A DNA stretch of 64,000 nucleotides, taken from NCBI GenBank assembly GCA_000165425.1, contig CT868208.1:186001-250000 (forward strand), written 5' to 3'. Each line of letters begins with the position of its first letter. The stretch's first letter is position 1. Shown here piece by piece: positions 25,271 to 38,792 of this stretch. The notes beneath the pieces are model-generated. The model had not been told where the DNA came from. It saw only the letters and a list, made by a program, of their open reading frames with translations, and did not search any database. This DNA is from Paramecium tetraurelia (Eukaryota). Both the position numbers and the translations under genes were made by a program.

Positions 25271-26758
25271 ATGAATCACACCACTAAAATTAAGAAATTG
25301 CCTGTTACAGTACTCTGCGGTTTTTTAGGGTCAGGAAAGACAACCCTATTGAACTATATCCTTAAATAGCGCCATGATTGCAGAATAGCTGTAATCGTAA
25401 ATGACATGGGGGAGATCAACGTCGATTCAAACCTGATAAAGGAAGGAAAGTTTAGTGTGAAAAAGACTAAGGAAAAACTTGTTGAAATGTCAAATGGATG
25501 CATCTGTTGCACATTGAGGTAATTATTAGACATATAGTATTAGGGAGGATTTAATCAAACACATATCAAAGATAGCAAAGTCTGGGAAGTTTGATTATAT
25601 GTTGATTGAGAGTACAGGAATAGCTGAGCCTTTGCCAATAGCCTAAGCGTTTTATTTTGAAAATGAGGAGATGAGAAAGAAGGGATAGATGTTGAAGAAG
25701 TTCGCTAGACTTGACACTATGGTCACTATGGTATCTTTGATTATCTATTACTTAGATTGACGCCTTGAATTTCTTGGATCAATTGTAATCGGATAAATTA
25801 GGAGAGGAAATGAATGTAGATAACAAATAGATGGATTAGATTCCATTATCATAATTGTTGTTGGATCAAGTTGAGTTTGCTAATGTTATAGTATTGAACA
25901 AAACAGATCTTGTGGATGAGGAAAGAAAAGAGTTTATATTGAATCTCCTTAAGAAATTGAATCCTAATGCTAAGATTATTGAATCTATATAAGGATAGAT
26001 AGATTTAAAAGAAATTATCAACACAAAATTATTCAACTTTGAAGAAGCCTCTACAACTGGAAAGTGGATAGCTGAGCTCTAAAAGCCAATCCATAAAAGT
26101 GAGATTGAGGAATACGGGATCTAATCTTGTGCTTTCAAATCAAGAAGAGCATTCCATCCTGACAGACTATTCCAACTCATAGAGAGAAATAATACAGAAG
26201 AGCTTTCTTTTTGGAATAATATCATAAGATGCAAAGGTTACATGTGGGTAGCCAGTTGGGAAAGATTGAATATCCATATGCACAAGGCAGGAACCTAATT
26301 GACTTATCATCCTGGTTCCTTTTGGTGGATATCCATACCCAAGAAGGTTTGGGCTGATACCAAAGAAGAAGTTGATGTATGCTATATGGTTATATCAATA
26401 GGCTATTTGGGATGGAGTCAAAGACAATTGGTTACCTGAACCCATTGGGGATAGAAGATAAGAGCTTGTGTTCATTGGACAAAATTTACCAAAATAAGAA
26501 ATTTTAGAAGCCTTTGAGAGTTGCTTATTAAGTGAATAAGAGATGGTTCAATTCTTATAGAATGGATGGGATAATACTAATGATCCATTCCCAAAAGATT
26601 GGGGAAAGTTGGTGAAAGAATTTGAGGATCTGGGAGAATTAAGGGGAAATGAAGGAGAATGGGAAGATGTGTGGGATGAAGAGGGAGAAATGTAAGAAGA
26701 ACATTAAGAGGATGGACCCATGTAAATAGAAGATTAATAATAATAATTGATAGATTGA
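25271..26758 (+). CDS. COG0523/CobW-family (G3E) zinc-chaperone GTPase
   Basis: [68 protein letters not shown]; 3 introns; alternative in-frame ATG at 25229. Confidence 0.93.
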
Positions 26759-26867
26759 TTAAATTAGAATGTCTTAATATAAGATGATCATTAAATAATA
26801 TTTATTTAAAGACTATATTAGTTTCATTTAAAATCAAAGTTTTACCTATTTGTTAAAATATTAATTA

Positions 26868-28314
26868 ATGAATAATCCAGAAGTAATTTATGCAAACCTT
26901 ACAGGAGATTCAGAGCGTTAATAATTTGTCATTATGAATTAGCTTTCGTTACTGATAGTTTATGTGTAAATTGTGAATTACAAGGCAAAACTACAATTTT
27001 ATTGACTAAAATACCCATGTTCTCAAATATTATCATTGTCTCTTTTGATTGTGAACATTGTGGATATAAAAATAATGAAGTGTAATTTGGTGGAGAAATC
27101 AAAGAAAAGGGAATTAAACTGCATTTAAAAGTCAGCGAACCTAAAGTAATGATTAATTATGATTTTAGGATCTCCAAAGACAGATCATTCGATCAGAGTT
27201 CTGTAAAGCTTTGATTCCAGAACTAGAGTTTGAGATGCCATCCAATAAGAAGAGCAGCATCAATACTTTAGAAGGATTCCTCCAAAATATTATAGATGAC
27301 TTATCACATGATTAACCTATCAGAAAATTTACATAAGTGGAAGTTTATGATCGAATTGAATATATCGTTGGAAAATTAAAGGAATTCAAAGATGGTTAAG
27401 GATTACCCTTTCATTGGATACTGGAAGACCCCTCTGGAAATAGTTTCATTTAAGATCCAAATGAACTCTAAGAAGATCCCCAACTTAAGATTCAACATTA
27501 CATAAGAACGATCGAAGAGTTGGAAGCTATGGGATATAGTGCTGAGAATTAAGAATGAGAGGTTCAGCAAATACAGCAATAATAAGAAGTCATTGCAAAC
27601 CCAATTCATTAAGGGACTGAATAGATCTAAGCAGGCGGATAAAATTTTGCTTAATCTATAGATGATTGTGTTAAAGATGAATCTATCAATATTCCAACAC
27701 CTTGTAATGTCTGTGAGGAAATGGGAGAAAACAAAATGTGCACCGTCACTATTCCTCATTTTAAAGAGATTCTTATTATGAGTTTCAATTGTGGATTTTG
27801 TGGATTCAAAGACACAGAGGTTAAAGCAACTGGTGAGATCAGTAAACAAGGTAAAATAATAGAATTGAAATTTGAAAATGAAAATGACTTATGCAGAGAT
27901 GTATTTAAATCAGATACTGCTAAATTGATTATTCCTGATATTGAATTGGAACTTGGAACTGGTACTTTGGGTGGAGTATATTCAAATGTTGAGGGGTTAT
28001 TGGAATAAATTCTTTCACGTTTAAGGGATAATGTAATTATTATAATTTAATAGTAGAATCCATTTGTTGGAGATAGTGCTGATGAGGATTATAAGAAGAA
28101 GATGGAATAAATATTTTAGAAATTGGAGGAATTCAAGTCTGGGAAATCCAAGTTTACTTTAATCATAAGAGATTTAGTCGAAAATAGCTTCATTTAAAAT
28201 CCTTACTATCCAAATGAAGACAATTAAGTTAAAATCACTCTCTTTGATAGAAATCCAGAGGACAATGATGAATTAGGAATAGATACAATGAAGACAGAAA
28301 ATTATCAAAATTGA
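26868..28314 (+). CDS. ZPR1: Zinc finger protein ZPR1
   Basis: Two C4 finger/A-B modules: CVNC...IPMFSNIIIVSFDCEHCGYKNNEV and CNVC...IPHFKEILIMSFNCGFCGFKDTEV; EDPSGNSFI; C-terminal ELGIDTMKTENY. Confidence 0.95.
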
Positions 28315-28499
28315 TCAAAAATATATAATTCATTTTAGTGTTATTTAAACAAAAAGACATAATAGCAAAATTACTTTCTTATTTCAAAATAATTTCTTTT
28401 CTAAATATATATATGGATCTTCTAAATATTTACTTAACTAAGATGATTAAATATGCATAGTCAAGAAGAGCAACAAAATTAGGTTTGCAAAAGGCTACT

Positions 28500-28700
28500 T
28501 ACAATCTAATTGGATAGAAATTCCTCTCTGTACATTCGAATTAGAATTTAATCCAATTAAGTAATTTCCCTTATACTTATAAAAATGACTTAAGGGAAAT
28601 ACTCCTTAAGAATTCATTAATTAAAGTCCATCAATATCGGAGATTCTGATAAAGATGAATTAGGAATAGATACAATTAAAAACTGAGAGTAACTTTTGAT
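28500..28700 (+). pseudogene. Degenerate relic of a ZPR1 3' duplicate
   Basis: The 23-nt GATGAATTAGGAATAGATACAAT at 28654-28676 is identical to ZPR1 28267-28289; upstream there are frameshifted ZPR1-like fragments. Confidence 0.5.
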
Positions 28701-28752
28701 ATAATAAAATATATTCGCTTTCTCTTAAAAATATTTAAATGCATATATCGAT

Positions 28753-29779
28753 TCAAAAATGCTTTCCTAAGTATTAACTGAAGAGTTCATAAACAAGAAA
28801 TGTTATGCTATTTGTAGGTAATACCCTTATTAAATCAGGTATTAATCCTTTATAGAATCCTCCAATAGAATCTTATTCATATATAACTCTACAAATATCA
28901 ATAATTCTAACTCTTGATCTGAGGCCACTCTTATAAACTGTTTTATTATCATGTAATCTAGTTCGTATAACTACATGAGGATAAGTTACTAAGACTGCGA
29001 TTGCTATATATGGATTATTTTGTATTGATTACATTTTGACAATATTGAGGCTTTGAGAATATCAACAGGCAAAAGCTAACCATTCTTGTCGGTGTAATTT
29101 TATTTCAAGCTCTCGTATATTGGAAATTAGACTGCGACGTGAGATAGACCCAACACAGTGGCTCCAAGACCTTTGTACAAAGCAAGGAAGCCTTCCTGAA
29201 ATGATATTTAATTGATTACTTCTCTATACAAAGTGACTAATCCCCTGAAAACAGATGTATATTTTGGATGACTGTGATCATGCAAGTATTATGTTTACAT
29301 TCTAGTTCTGATTAACTTTAAATAAAAGTTAGTTGCATTAATATACCCATAAAGGATTAGTAATTAAATCACAAACAAACCCCGTGATTATGGTTGCCAA
29401 GAGATGATTCTAGAAACCAGAGATTCCATATTGGAATTCCAAGGTTTCCTTGTTCCATTTATAGAGGGGAAAGAAGAGCGAATGAGATATGGGATTGGCG
29501 ACTGCTGTAGCTCGATAGCCTTTTTAATGACTGCACTTTTTACCTTTGTAGTAACCGGCAAGACCTTCCTCTTTATAGATAACACAAAGAGTGTCAATGA
29601 AGCCGTGATATTTATTCATTGATTTGGTAGCATTCTTAAAATGGTTAATTGATTACTTAGAGGTTTAATCTGCTCCTGGCTACTTCCAAAGGGTGGCATA
29701 CGGTTACGCTGATGAATCCTCCAACTAAGCCAGCAATAAAATGATGCCAATATAATTTCCTTTGTTATTCTTAATTCAT
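28753..29779 (-). CDS. Mitochondrial carrier (SLC25A32/NDT1-like folate/FAD/NAD+ subfamily)
   Basis: [68 protein letters not shown] carrier signatures. Confidence 0.9.
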
Positions 29780-29810
29780 TTTATTTTAATAATATTTAAA
29801 TTCAAAATAG

Positions 29811-30563
29811 ATGAATATGAATGATAGTTTCTTTGACAACATCTTAGTCGGCACTTAGAATGTGAACACCAGTAATAAACCTTAAACAATTTGTAAATCA
29901 TTGGAACGTACCTTTGCTGTGTGTAGTTAACCAATTAAGTATGTAAGCTTTTGATGTTATAAAATTTACAGGAAAACTACCTAGCATCATCATACCCAAC
30001 AACAAGAGGATTCAAAAAGTCAAAGGCATTCCACTCAACAATTAGATTATTATTTAAAACAACAAAACAAAACAAATACACTAAATAATCAGTCCAAAAG
30101 TTATCGTAGTATCAAGTAATCAGACTCCAATCATCAAACTTAAATACCTTAAAGTAAATTAATCGATTATTCTTTACAGAGTCATATCTCAAACAACAAA
30201 TGAGGTTGAAAATTAATTTAGAAAATGAAGCCTTTCAATCGAACTTAAGACACAAGACCCAGTCTTCTCACAACACAACCAATCCCTATTAAGGATCCAT
30301 AGTTAATCTCATGAAGTAGCAAGTAACTCACAAGATTAACACTTTAGATGCAAAAATAATAATAAAGTTTCTTGAACATCTGTAAAACCATGAACGACGA
30401 TTCCAAATCCAGGATATCTTCTACACATAGATAATCCTTAATTCCATCCAAGTTGACTTAGAGATAGGATTCTTAAAATATTCGAAAAAGCAATTCTGTC
30501 TACATGTAGGAGTTCAGAAAGGTGTTTAGTAAAACAAAATATAGTATACACAATAAAGTTTGA
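29811..30563 (+). CDS. Hypothetical low-complexity protein
   Basis: ATG at 29811; open after splicing several ~25-nt introns; TGA at 30561-30563; no motif recognised. Confidence 0.5.
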
Positions 30564-30603
30564 ATTATTAAAATTACATCTCTTTTCGATAAAATTAAAA
30601 AAA

Positions 30604-31270
30604 TCAAAAAATTTCACAACAACTCTTTTTATTCATATCCTTAGATTATTTATAGAACATTTTAGCACCAGCTGATAAACTATTACTCTTAGCAACCAAT
30701 TAATCCAAATCACCCTATCTCTCCAATAGTTTTTTTATGTTCTCATGTATAATAATGTTGGTTTCATCGACTTTTGTTTGTGCTAACAGAACCTTATCAA
30801 CATTCTTTGGATCTTAATACTCTTAAAATAGCTATGTGTTAACTTCAGAATTGATATACTTGCTTAATTTCTGGAACCTCTATGCTTTCATCTTCTTTGT
30901 ACTTTTTCCAAGCATCTCCTACTTTTTTCTAAAATTCTTGTAGAACTACATTTAGAAAGGCAAATGCTATTCTTTTAGGGTAGTCCTGATCGCAAAATGC
31001 ATATACTTCTAGTTTATCACTTCCATATCCCATTTATATATGGCAATATTTATCTTCGTGCATTACTGAATGTCTTAAAATCAATTGCATGAATTACCAA
31101 GTTCCTTTGTCTAGGCCTATAACTGATTCTCGACAGATGAACTTCATGGAATCCTTCACAGTGTTTCTATAGAATATTCCTATTGAATTCAATTCGTAAT
31201 ATCGAGTTAGCATAATAACCTTCTTTTCTACTGCGTTGTAAGCGGCAATCAAGACAGCTATCAATTGCAT
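30604..31270 (-). CDS. YKT6: Longin R-SNARE YKT6
   Basis: FYRNTVKDSMKFICRE, DQDYPKRIAF, YQDPKNVDK, LLERQGDLDQLVAKS, C-terminal CCEIF prenylation motif. Confidence 0.93.
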
Positions 31271-31318
31271 TTTATTTGATAAAATAAAATATATAGATTA
31301 AGTAATTTATACAATAAT

Positions 31319-33068
31319 TCATTAGGTTTGGGGGACTAAGGAAAATGTAAAAGTAAATTCGTTATTAGCCTGTATGATATCTAAATGGTTATACACTCCA
31401 AACTCAGAGAGAATCAATTAAGTGATACTTATATTTAGTAGCAAATTAATAGGTATCTAAAACTATTAAGTCAAATAACTCATTCTTTCTAGGAGTGATT
31501 GATGAACAGAGGTTTTATGAAAAAATCCTTTTGGAGACTTAACCCAATTAGTTTGTAGGATTTCTAATATTTTGGTTTGAATGACTTTGTCCCTTTCCTT
31601 TATTTTAATTTAAAAGAAGATTTCTGAATTTAGATTTTCTATTTGTATTTTTAGAATTTTCAGATCTTTAAAAATTTGCTAAATTATGTAGAAGCATGAA
31701 ATCAATAATTACTGAATTATGGAAATATCATGCATAAATGGTTTAGCAAGTAGTACCTTTTAGGAGTCAATTCCAATCAATGGATCAAGTGCAGTTTGTA
31801 ATGAATTTTGAGTGATAGATTATAATTTAAGACGGTTAGATTTGTTTTAAAAAATGATTTAAATATTCTGTATGAAATTGTGATTAAAGTAGAACTTCTG
31901 ATCTGGGAATCTCTATTTAATTGATATTTGATTAAACTTGGTGAGCAACTTGATTAAGAAACGTGACTATTCATTTGCCGTTTCAGTTATATTCTAGAGG
32001 ATACTCCATAAAACTTAAGTCTAATTATAAAAATATTTCTTCTTAGGATCAATGATGAGTAAACATTGTAGTTTATTGTTAAATACGCATCTGAGTATTT
32101 TGACATTGTAGAGCTTCTAAGTTTAATAATGTTGAACGGTGTATTTGTAAGTTTTGAATGAATCAGCAAATTCTTGAGTATGGATTAGGAATCTTCTCAA
32201 CGTGTGTTCCATATTGATATGAACTAAATTCGAGACACTATCATCTGGGTGTCTGCTGGAAGATACGATTAACTAATGAGTAGATTGAAAATTCATATTA
32301 CCTTTCTGAGTAATTGTCGTAGATTTTCACTATCCTTTAATCTGAATAAAATAGATGAAAATTTGTTTTCCTTCTCGAGTTGCAATTAATCCTGTTTCTT
32401 GTCATGGGAAACCAACAAAATGGAACTGGACAACACTTTTGACAATAGTTGTTCCCATCTTTCCTGTTGACAACTCTAAACATATTATTCCTTTTTAGTT
32501 TTTTCATAATTATATTTGATGGCTATCATACTCATGGCCAAAAAGACAAAGAGAAATATGTTGATAATCCCATCTTTAATATCTATGTTGTCTTAATCTA
32601 AGTGGACTCCAATAACAATGATCAACAGGAAGGTCTGATAAATGAAGTTGGCACCTAAGAGATAAACACTGAAGTGCAAGTAACCACATTGGAAACCATA
32701 ATACCAAGATTGATCTAAAGTGGGATTGGTTGTGCCATTAAATAATTAAGGCATTTTAAAAGCGAAAAGCAAATACAATTGATAAATAGTTACAATTAAA
32801 TTGATTAAGTGAGGTTTTTGTTGTAGTATTTTCCAGAGCATCAATAATGCAAAAATCGATATTCCACTGAGTATTGAATAAGGAAGTGAGTCTCGCTAGA
32901 TAAATTTTGCGGTGTTCAGAATCGAAAAGGACTATAGTAGAGTAGAACAATTACAACTGAGTAGATGGTGAAGTACGTTACTTCCCTTAGTTTGGATGAT
33001 TTGGAGTAGTTTTCGTACTGCTCAGCTTGATCCTTGAATAGAAATTCAAGAGTGTACTTATTGAGCAT
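31319..33068 (-). CDS. Multi-pass membrane protein with degenerate histidine-kinase-like C-terminus
   Basis: 5-6 hydrophobic segments, then a cytoplasmic region ending LNISITQLILSEFGVYNHLDIIQANNEFTFTFSL; 2 introns. Confidence 0.6.
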
Positions 33069-33255
33069 TATTAATTATCAATATTATAAATCACTCTTAT
33101 CGATTATCTAAATTTATAGACTGTTTTAATAAATCTTATGCTAAAAATGTTCTTGAGTAAATTTCAAGTAACCCTACCTCAGAATAGAAGGATAAATAAT
33201 AATACTCTCCTAAATCATACCAATAATAATGTTATATTAATAATTGAATAATACT

Positions 33256-34548
33256 TCACAATTTTGTATTCTTGGTCACATCATGGAATGCTTCAGCTAC
33301 ATACTTAACATTTCCTTCATTCAAACCAGCAATTGAAATTCTTCCACTGCTCAATAAGTAGATATGATATTTGGCAATCAATTCTTTAACGTGTTCTGGA
33401 CCGACACCCTGAAAATATTCATTAATATATTACAGTGAAGGCAAACATACCAATTTATTTGGAAATGTGAGACCAATCATGAGGAGAACCTAGATTCTTC
33501 AAATTGTTGGCCAAACTAACTCTCATCAATTGAATTCTATTGGCCATCATTTTAACTTCCTATAACCACAATTAGTTGAGTTCTGGAGTGTTGAGAATGA
33601 TGTCAGCCACTCTAGCTCCATGGAGAGGAGGACTAGACCATAATGGTCTGGCTAACAATTTCAATTATGAGACCACCTTCTCTCTTTCCTATTGATTAGC
33701 ACATACAAAACTAAGGCATCCTGTTCTTTATCCATATAATCCCATGTTTTTGGCAAAGGATTATCCTAAAACTATAGGAACACCTTGGGCTGTAAATAAT
33801 CTGACTGCTTCGGCATCTTTATTTACGTCTCCACTTGTGAAACCTTGATAAGCCATATCAAAGAATGGAAGGAAGTTCTTCTTTTTTGTCAAATCTAATA
33901 ATTATGTCCATTAGGCTGTAGTCAAATCACAACCAGTTGGATTGTGAGCACAAGCATGGAACAAGATGACTGATCCATTTTGAGCCTTATTCAAATCTTC
34001 TACCAATCCAGAGAAATCAACTCCACGTGTTTTTGGATCAAAATAACGATACTCTAAAATTTCTAATCCTGCCATTCTAGCAATGTTGTGATGGTTTGGC
34101 CATGTTGGATTTGGCATATACACTTTTGTTCCTTAAGGCAAGAATTTCTTAGCAAATTCGAATCCAAGTCTAACTGCACCTGTTCCACTTAATACTTAGC
34201 ATCCTGCAATGCTCTTTCCATTTTAAGCATAGTAAGCATCTCCATAACCTAATTTAATAGATGCATCAATAAATGATTGGAGTCCTTCAACTGGAAGATA
34301 TTCATTGTCCAATTTCTTCTCTTTTATTATTTGTTCAGCCTAGTTTAAATAAATCTAGATACTCTCTTCACTGAATCGAGTACTACTGGCTTTCCATCAT
34401 TATCACGATAGGCTCCTATACTTAGATTTACTTTTGTAGAGCTTGGATCAGCCTTGAATTGCGCAGCCACTCCCAAAATAGGGTCAGCTGGTCCCATTGG
34501 CACTTAAGACCATACAGAAAAGTATCTCAAAGCTCTAAAACACTACAT
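33256..34548 (-). CDS. GOT2: Aspartate aminotransferase, mitochondrial
   Basis: Short presequence then [54 protein letters not shown]. Confidence 0.96.
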
Positions 34549-35362
34549 GTCGAATATCTTTCAATATATTAATTAATTCTTATAAAAAGTATGTCATATT
34601 AATATATAATACGGATCTTTTTTATTTTAATCACATAATATAAATTAATAATATACTATATATAATTGACATATAAAATTATGTTTCATATTATAAAACT
34701 AGAATTAATTACACTCCTTCATTAATCTACTAGTTCACAAATAGTTTTAAAACATATCATATATTGAATCCTAAAGAATTAATGAAAACCAATATCAAGT
34801 ATCAAACACTTAGCTTTCTTTCTGTATTTAAGCATCTAAATGATAATACAATTTTAGGAATTAATAAAATTTTTAATTTCACCATATAATTTTCAATTAC
34901 CTCCACAGATTATGCCTTATTTCGAAGATTGAACTTATAGATTTTTGAGTTAATATTGTTTCACTTTTGGTATAATAAAGTTAGGAATATTTCAAATGTT
35001 CTCTTTTTAAGTAGGTTCTAAAATGAATCCTAGAATTTTAGAAATCCCTTAATTAGGGATTGAATGTATTTTCAATAGGTCTTACATTCTATTAATCCAA
35101 TTTCATACAATATCTCCCCTTTTCTCTTGAGTTTCCTCTTTATAATAAATTCAAATTTGTCCAAAAATTGTTATTGTCAAGTCAACATAAATAATAAAAA
35201 TTCAAGAAACCGAATTAAAACTCTGAATGAGTTTGGTTTTTATAGGAGTCCATGATTTGCTTGTTCTACAATTCAGGTAAATTTTTTCATTATTCAAGCA
35301 TTTATTTATTATTTATGATTTAATTCTAATTAAAATGGAATAAAAATAATAACTTTTATATT

Positions 35363-36112
35363 TCAATTAGGGATTAGCCAACATCCTGGCCCCAAAAATT
35401 CATTACAATTAGATACGAGGTCTTTATTGTAGTGTTCTCTCTGTTTCTCAAAGTATTCAAGTGTTGTTTGATTGTTGCTTATTAATCTTTTGTTGTAATA
35501 TATATTTGTACTTTGTATGAAATGCTAAGAATAAAAATAAGACAATCATCAATGTGAAGCTTAGAGTAGCAGCAAAAATTATAAAGTAGGTATCGATCTT
35601 GCCAATCGGAGGATTTTTTAAAATTTTATTGAAATATATGCAAAAGTAAACAACTGATGTTAAGGCTCTAAATATTCATTTTAAGTTACTAGCATAAAAA
35701 ACTAAGCAAAAAAAATATTTGTAATTGTTCTGTCCGATGCAGTTATTCACCCAAGGACAATGATGATCCATTCTCAATATGCATTTATTACATTGTCGGC
35801 AATGATGACATCGCATGGGTTTATTGTTTTAACAAAATTTACAAGTTTTCCTCTATGTAGTCAAAGGGTCATCTTCACTATCGGTTTATGTTGGCGATCC
35901 TGGCTTAGTAGTGGATGTTTTGTAAAATGAGTATATAACAGCCAACAATAATAAATGATGTAAAATCAACAAAAGAATTTCCTTTTCTTCCGGATATATG
36001 AAAATCTATATTAAGAACTCTAGTTTACATAAACCATCATGATTTCCAAGTATGCGATGATCAATATCACAATAGAGAATGGGGCCAATACCCATAATTA
36101 ATTAAAATTCAT
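35363..36112 (-). CDS. DHHC palmitoyltransferase
   Basis: [41 protein letters not shown] motif, 4 TM segments. Confidence 0.93.
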
Positions 36113-36686
36113 AACAAATATGATGAATATAAATGAAAAAACTCCTTACTTTTTCCGAGTGATTAATAATTAAATTAGGCCCTCTCAATCCATCCACTGA
36201 AAAAACTTACTCTCTCCATTCCCAAAATTAAAATAACACCCCCAATGACTCCTCCTCTCGATTTTTGTATTTATTCTCCAATAGAATTATTAATAATTCA
36301 TATTTGAAAACACTCCTAAGTGTTCATATCTATCAGTTCCACATTATTTATGACTCCCATAAACAACTAAGATCAAATAATATAATAGTACTTTATTGTA
36401 CTAGTTATACAAAATTTGAAATATAAAATTCTCATTGTCCATTTGCAGTATTTATTTAATCTAATAGAAGCTATTAAATATGATTAAAAGTCCTAATGAT
36501 TCAAATCTATAACCAAAAGAGAAAATCAAAGTAATAATAATTTAAATGATAAATATTAATTAAGAAACTTAAAAAATTTAAATGATTTTTAACTTTAGGA
36601 ATAAGAATTATTCCTATTTTACAATAGGGAGTTAGATTATTAATATTACTAATAATGCTTTGTTAAGTTTTAATGTGAAAATATTG

Positions 36687-37282
36687 TCATTGATTTAACA
36701 ATTTCTCAATTTCTTATAACATTTCTTTTGGTTTGATATCTGGATGATAAAATTTCACCACTTGACCCTATGAGTTAAGTAGGAATTTTCCAAAATTCCA
36801 TGGCACTTCCTTTGCTTCATTAGAGTTAACTTTTAGAGTGCTGTTTAATCTTAAATATCTGTAAATCTCATGAGTGTTTTAACCATTAACTTCAATTTTT
36901 CTTAAATATTTAAATAATCAGTACTAAAATAATGGAAATGAAACTCCATATTTGGATATAACGAACTCCTTTATCTCAGGTTCTGGTTAAGATTCCTAAC
37001 CCATAAATTGATTACAAGGAAATCCTAAAATCTCTAAACCTTAGGCACTAAATATGTTATTATTCTGTACCTGTATGATTTATAGAGTTCTACAAGTTCG
37101 CTGTAGTTTGAGGATGTTAATCCACATGAACAGGCAACATTTACACAAATGTAAGCTTTTTTTCCTTAAAATTGAGAAAGTTGGGTTTTCTAACCATCGA
37201 TGTTATTAAGTTCAAATTCGAAGAATGTTTTGGTTGGTGGTTATAGTTTATCTACTCCTTTTTTAAATAATTGTGATCCCAT
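36687..37282 (-). CDS. Glutathione peroxidase (Cys-type, PHGPx-like)
   Basis: NVACSCGLT (TGT codon, not TGA/Sec), ILGFPCNQF, VPWNFGKFL; N-terminal MG. Confidence 0.93.
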
Positions 37283-37430
37283 TTTAATATTCCGACTTCT
37301 TAAAATTAAATAATAAATTTTTAGGAAATAGTTGCTTTGCTTATAAATTCGAAATTGACACATACTTGAAATCATGACGATTGAAATTAAAATATAAAAC
37401 TTTATATTATAAACCACAAAAATATTGTTG

Positions 37431-38760
37431 TCACTCATTCAATAGTCCCTCTGACTCCTCATTAGCTACTTATGTTTTAATCATATCTTTTTCCATCTTT
37501 CTTAATTGTCTAATCTATTAATCTATTATTAATTAGGCTTAAGCTCCAAGAGGGTGATTAGGAATGTCAGTAACATTGATGTATTTATTAGTAGCCCAAT
37601 TTTCCTCTCCTTTGCTTGTAAGAAAAGGCTTAATGAAGGATATCCAATTATTGATGAACCCTTTGTCAAAGGGATTTCCAAACATTCCTCTATCGTTAGC
37701 CCATAGATAGGAGTATCTTCTCCATTATACTAATTCCGAGGGAGTTATGTTGTATGAAATCTAAGGATATGATTAATTTGATTACTCTCAATAAACACAA
37801 TATGTATTGCTGAGCAAAATAATAGAATTGCCATATATTGATTAATATAATGAGCAAATCAAAATAGGACTTCTCTTGTGTTCTCTATTCTAATGTGAAT
37901 TACCTGAGTATGAAAAAACAATACAAAGTCCAAGAAATAAGATAGAGAATGAGGAGTGGATAATTGTATAGACCAATGCATACATTGAATTGCATAGAAT
38001 GAAATTCCCATCTTTTAATGCATCTACATAAATATGGTTTAGTACTTTTGACAATATACACAATGTTAGCATCTAACAACTTTGGGGATTGAGCAAATAA
38101 TGCAGATGTTTCTATTCATTTTAGAGAGTGTGAGTAGTTCTGGTTTAGTATCTAAAAGTTCTTTGAAATCTGCTTATTTGAACTAACCTGGTGGGCATAA
38201 TAGAACCAAGAAATAAGTAGTAAAGATAGCATAAATAATGTAAATAATGTAATTCTAACTTATTAGGTATTGATACCAATTCAGGATATGTTTCATAATT
38301 GAAATAGAGTAAAAGGCCATGGCCCATAAAATAATAGATGGCGAACCCTCCGAATATTGATTTGAGCATATTGCCTGGCATGATTTGATTGAGCCATCCA
38401 TTAAGTTTATAAATAGGCATCATAAGAGCCTGTCTAATAAATAGTATGATTGGAATACTAAATCATCATGTAAAAGTAATAGCCTTAAGCCATCATAGGC
38501 AACTGCATAAAGATTTGCATAGCATAATCACCGCTAATGATGGCATACCAAATGAAGACTCTCATCTCTTGGGGGACATTTGCAAATGGATTATATGAGG
38601 AATGATGATGATGCTGATGTTGATGAGGATGTGAATGTTTGTGTTTATGTTGATTTTAATGATCTTGAGTATGATTACAACATTGACCCTTCTTATTCTC
38701 TGTCTAATTGATATTAATTGGAACATGCCCAGCATTTTCCCTATCCATATTTGAATTCAT
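37431..38760 (-). CDS. DHHC-fold protein lacking the catalytic motif, with His-rich N-terminus
   Basis: CIICSIPKVVRCQHCVYCQKCIKRWEFHSMQFNVCIG, NITPSE, NPFDKG; start may be the second ATG at 38748. Confidence 0.75.
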
Positions 38761-38792
38761 GGAGCGCATAGGAATTTAATAAATTAAATCTT

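Noticed and set aside
37109..37141. Possible selenocysteine (TGA) in the glutathione peroxidase active site
   Set aside because: The catalytic position is TGT (NVACSCGLT); there is no in-frame TGA.
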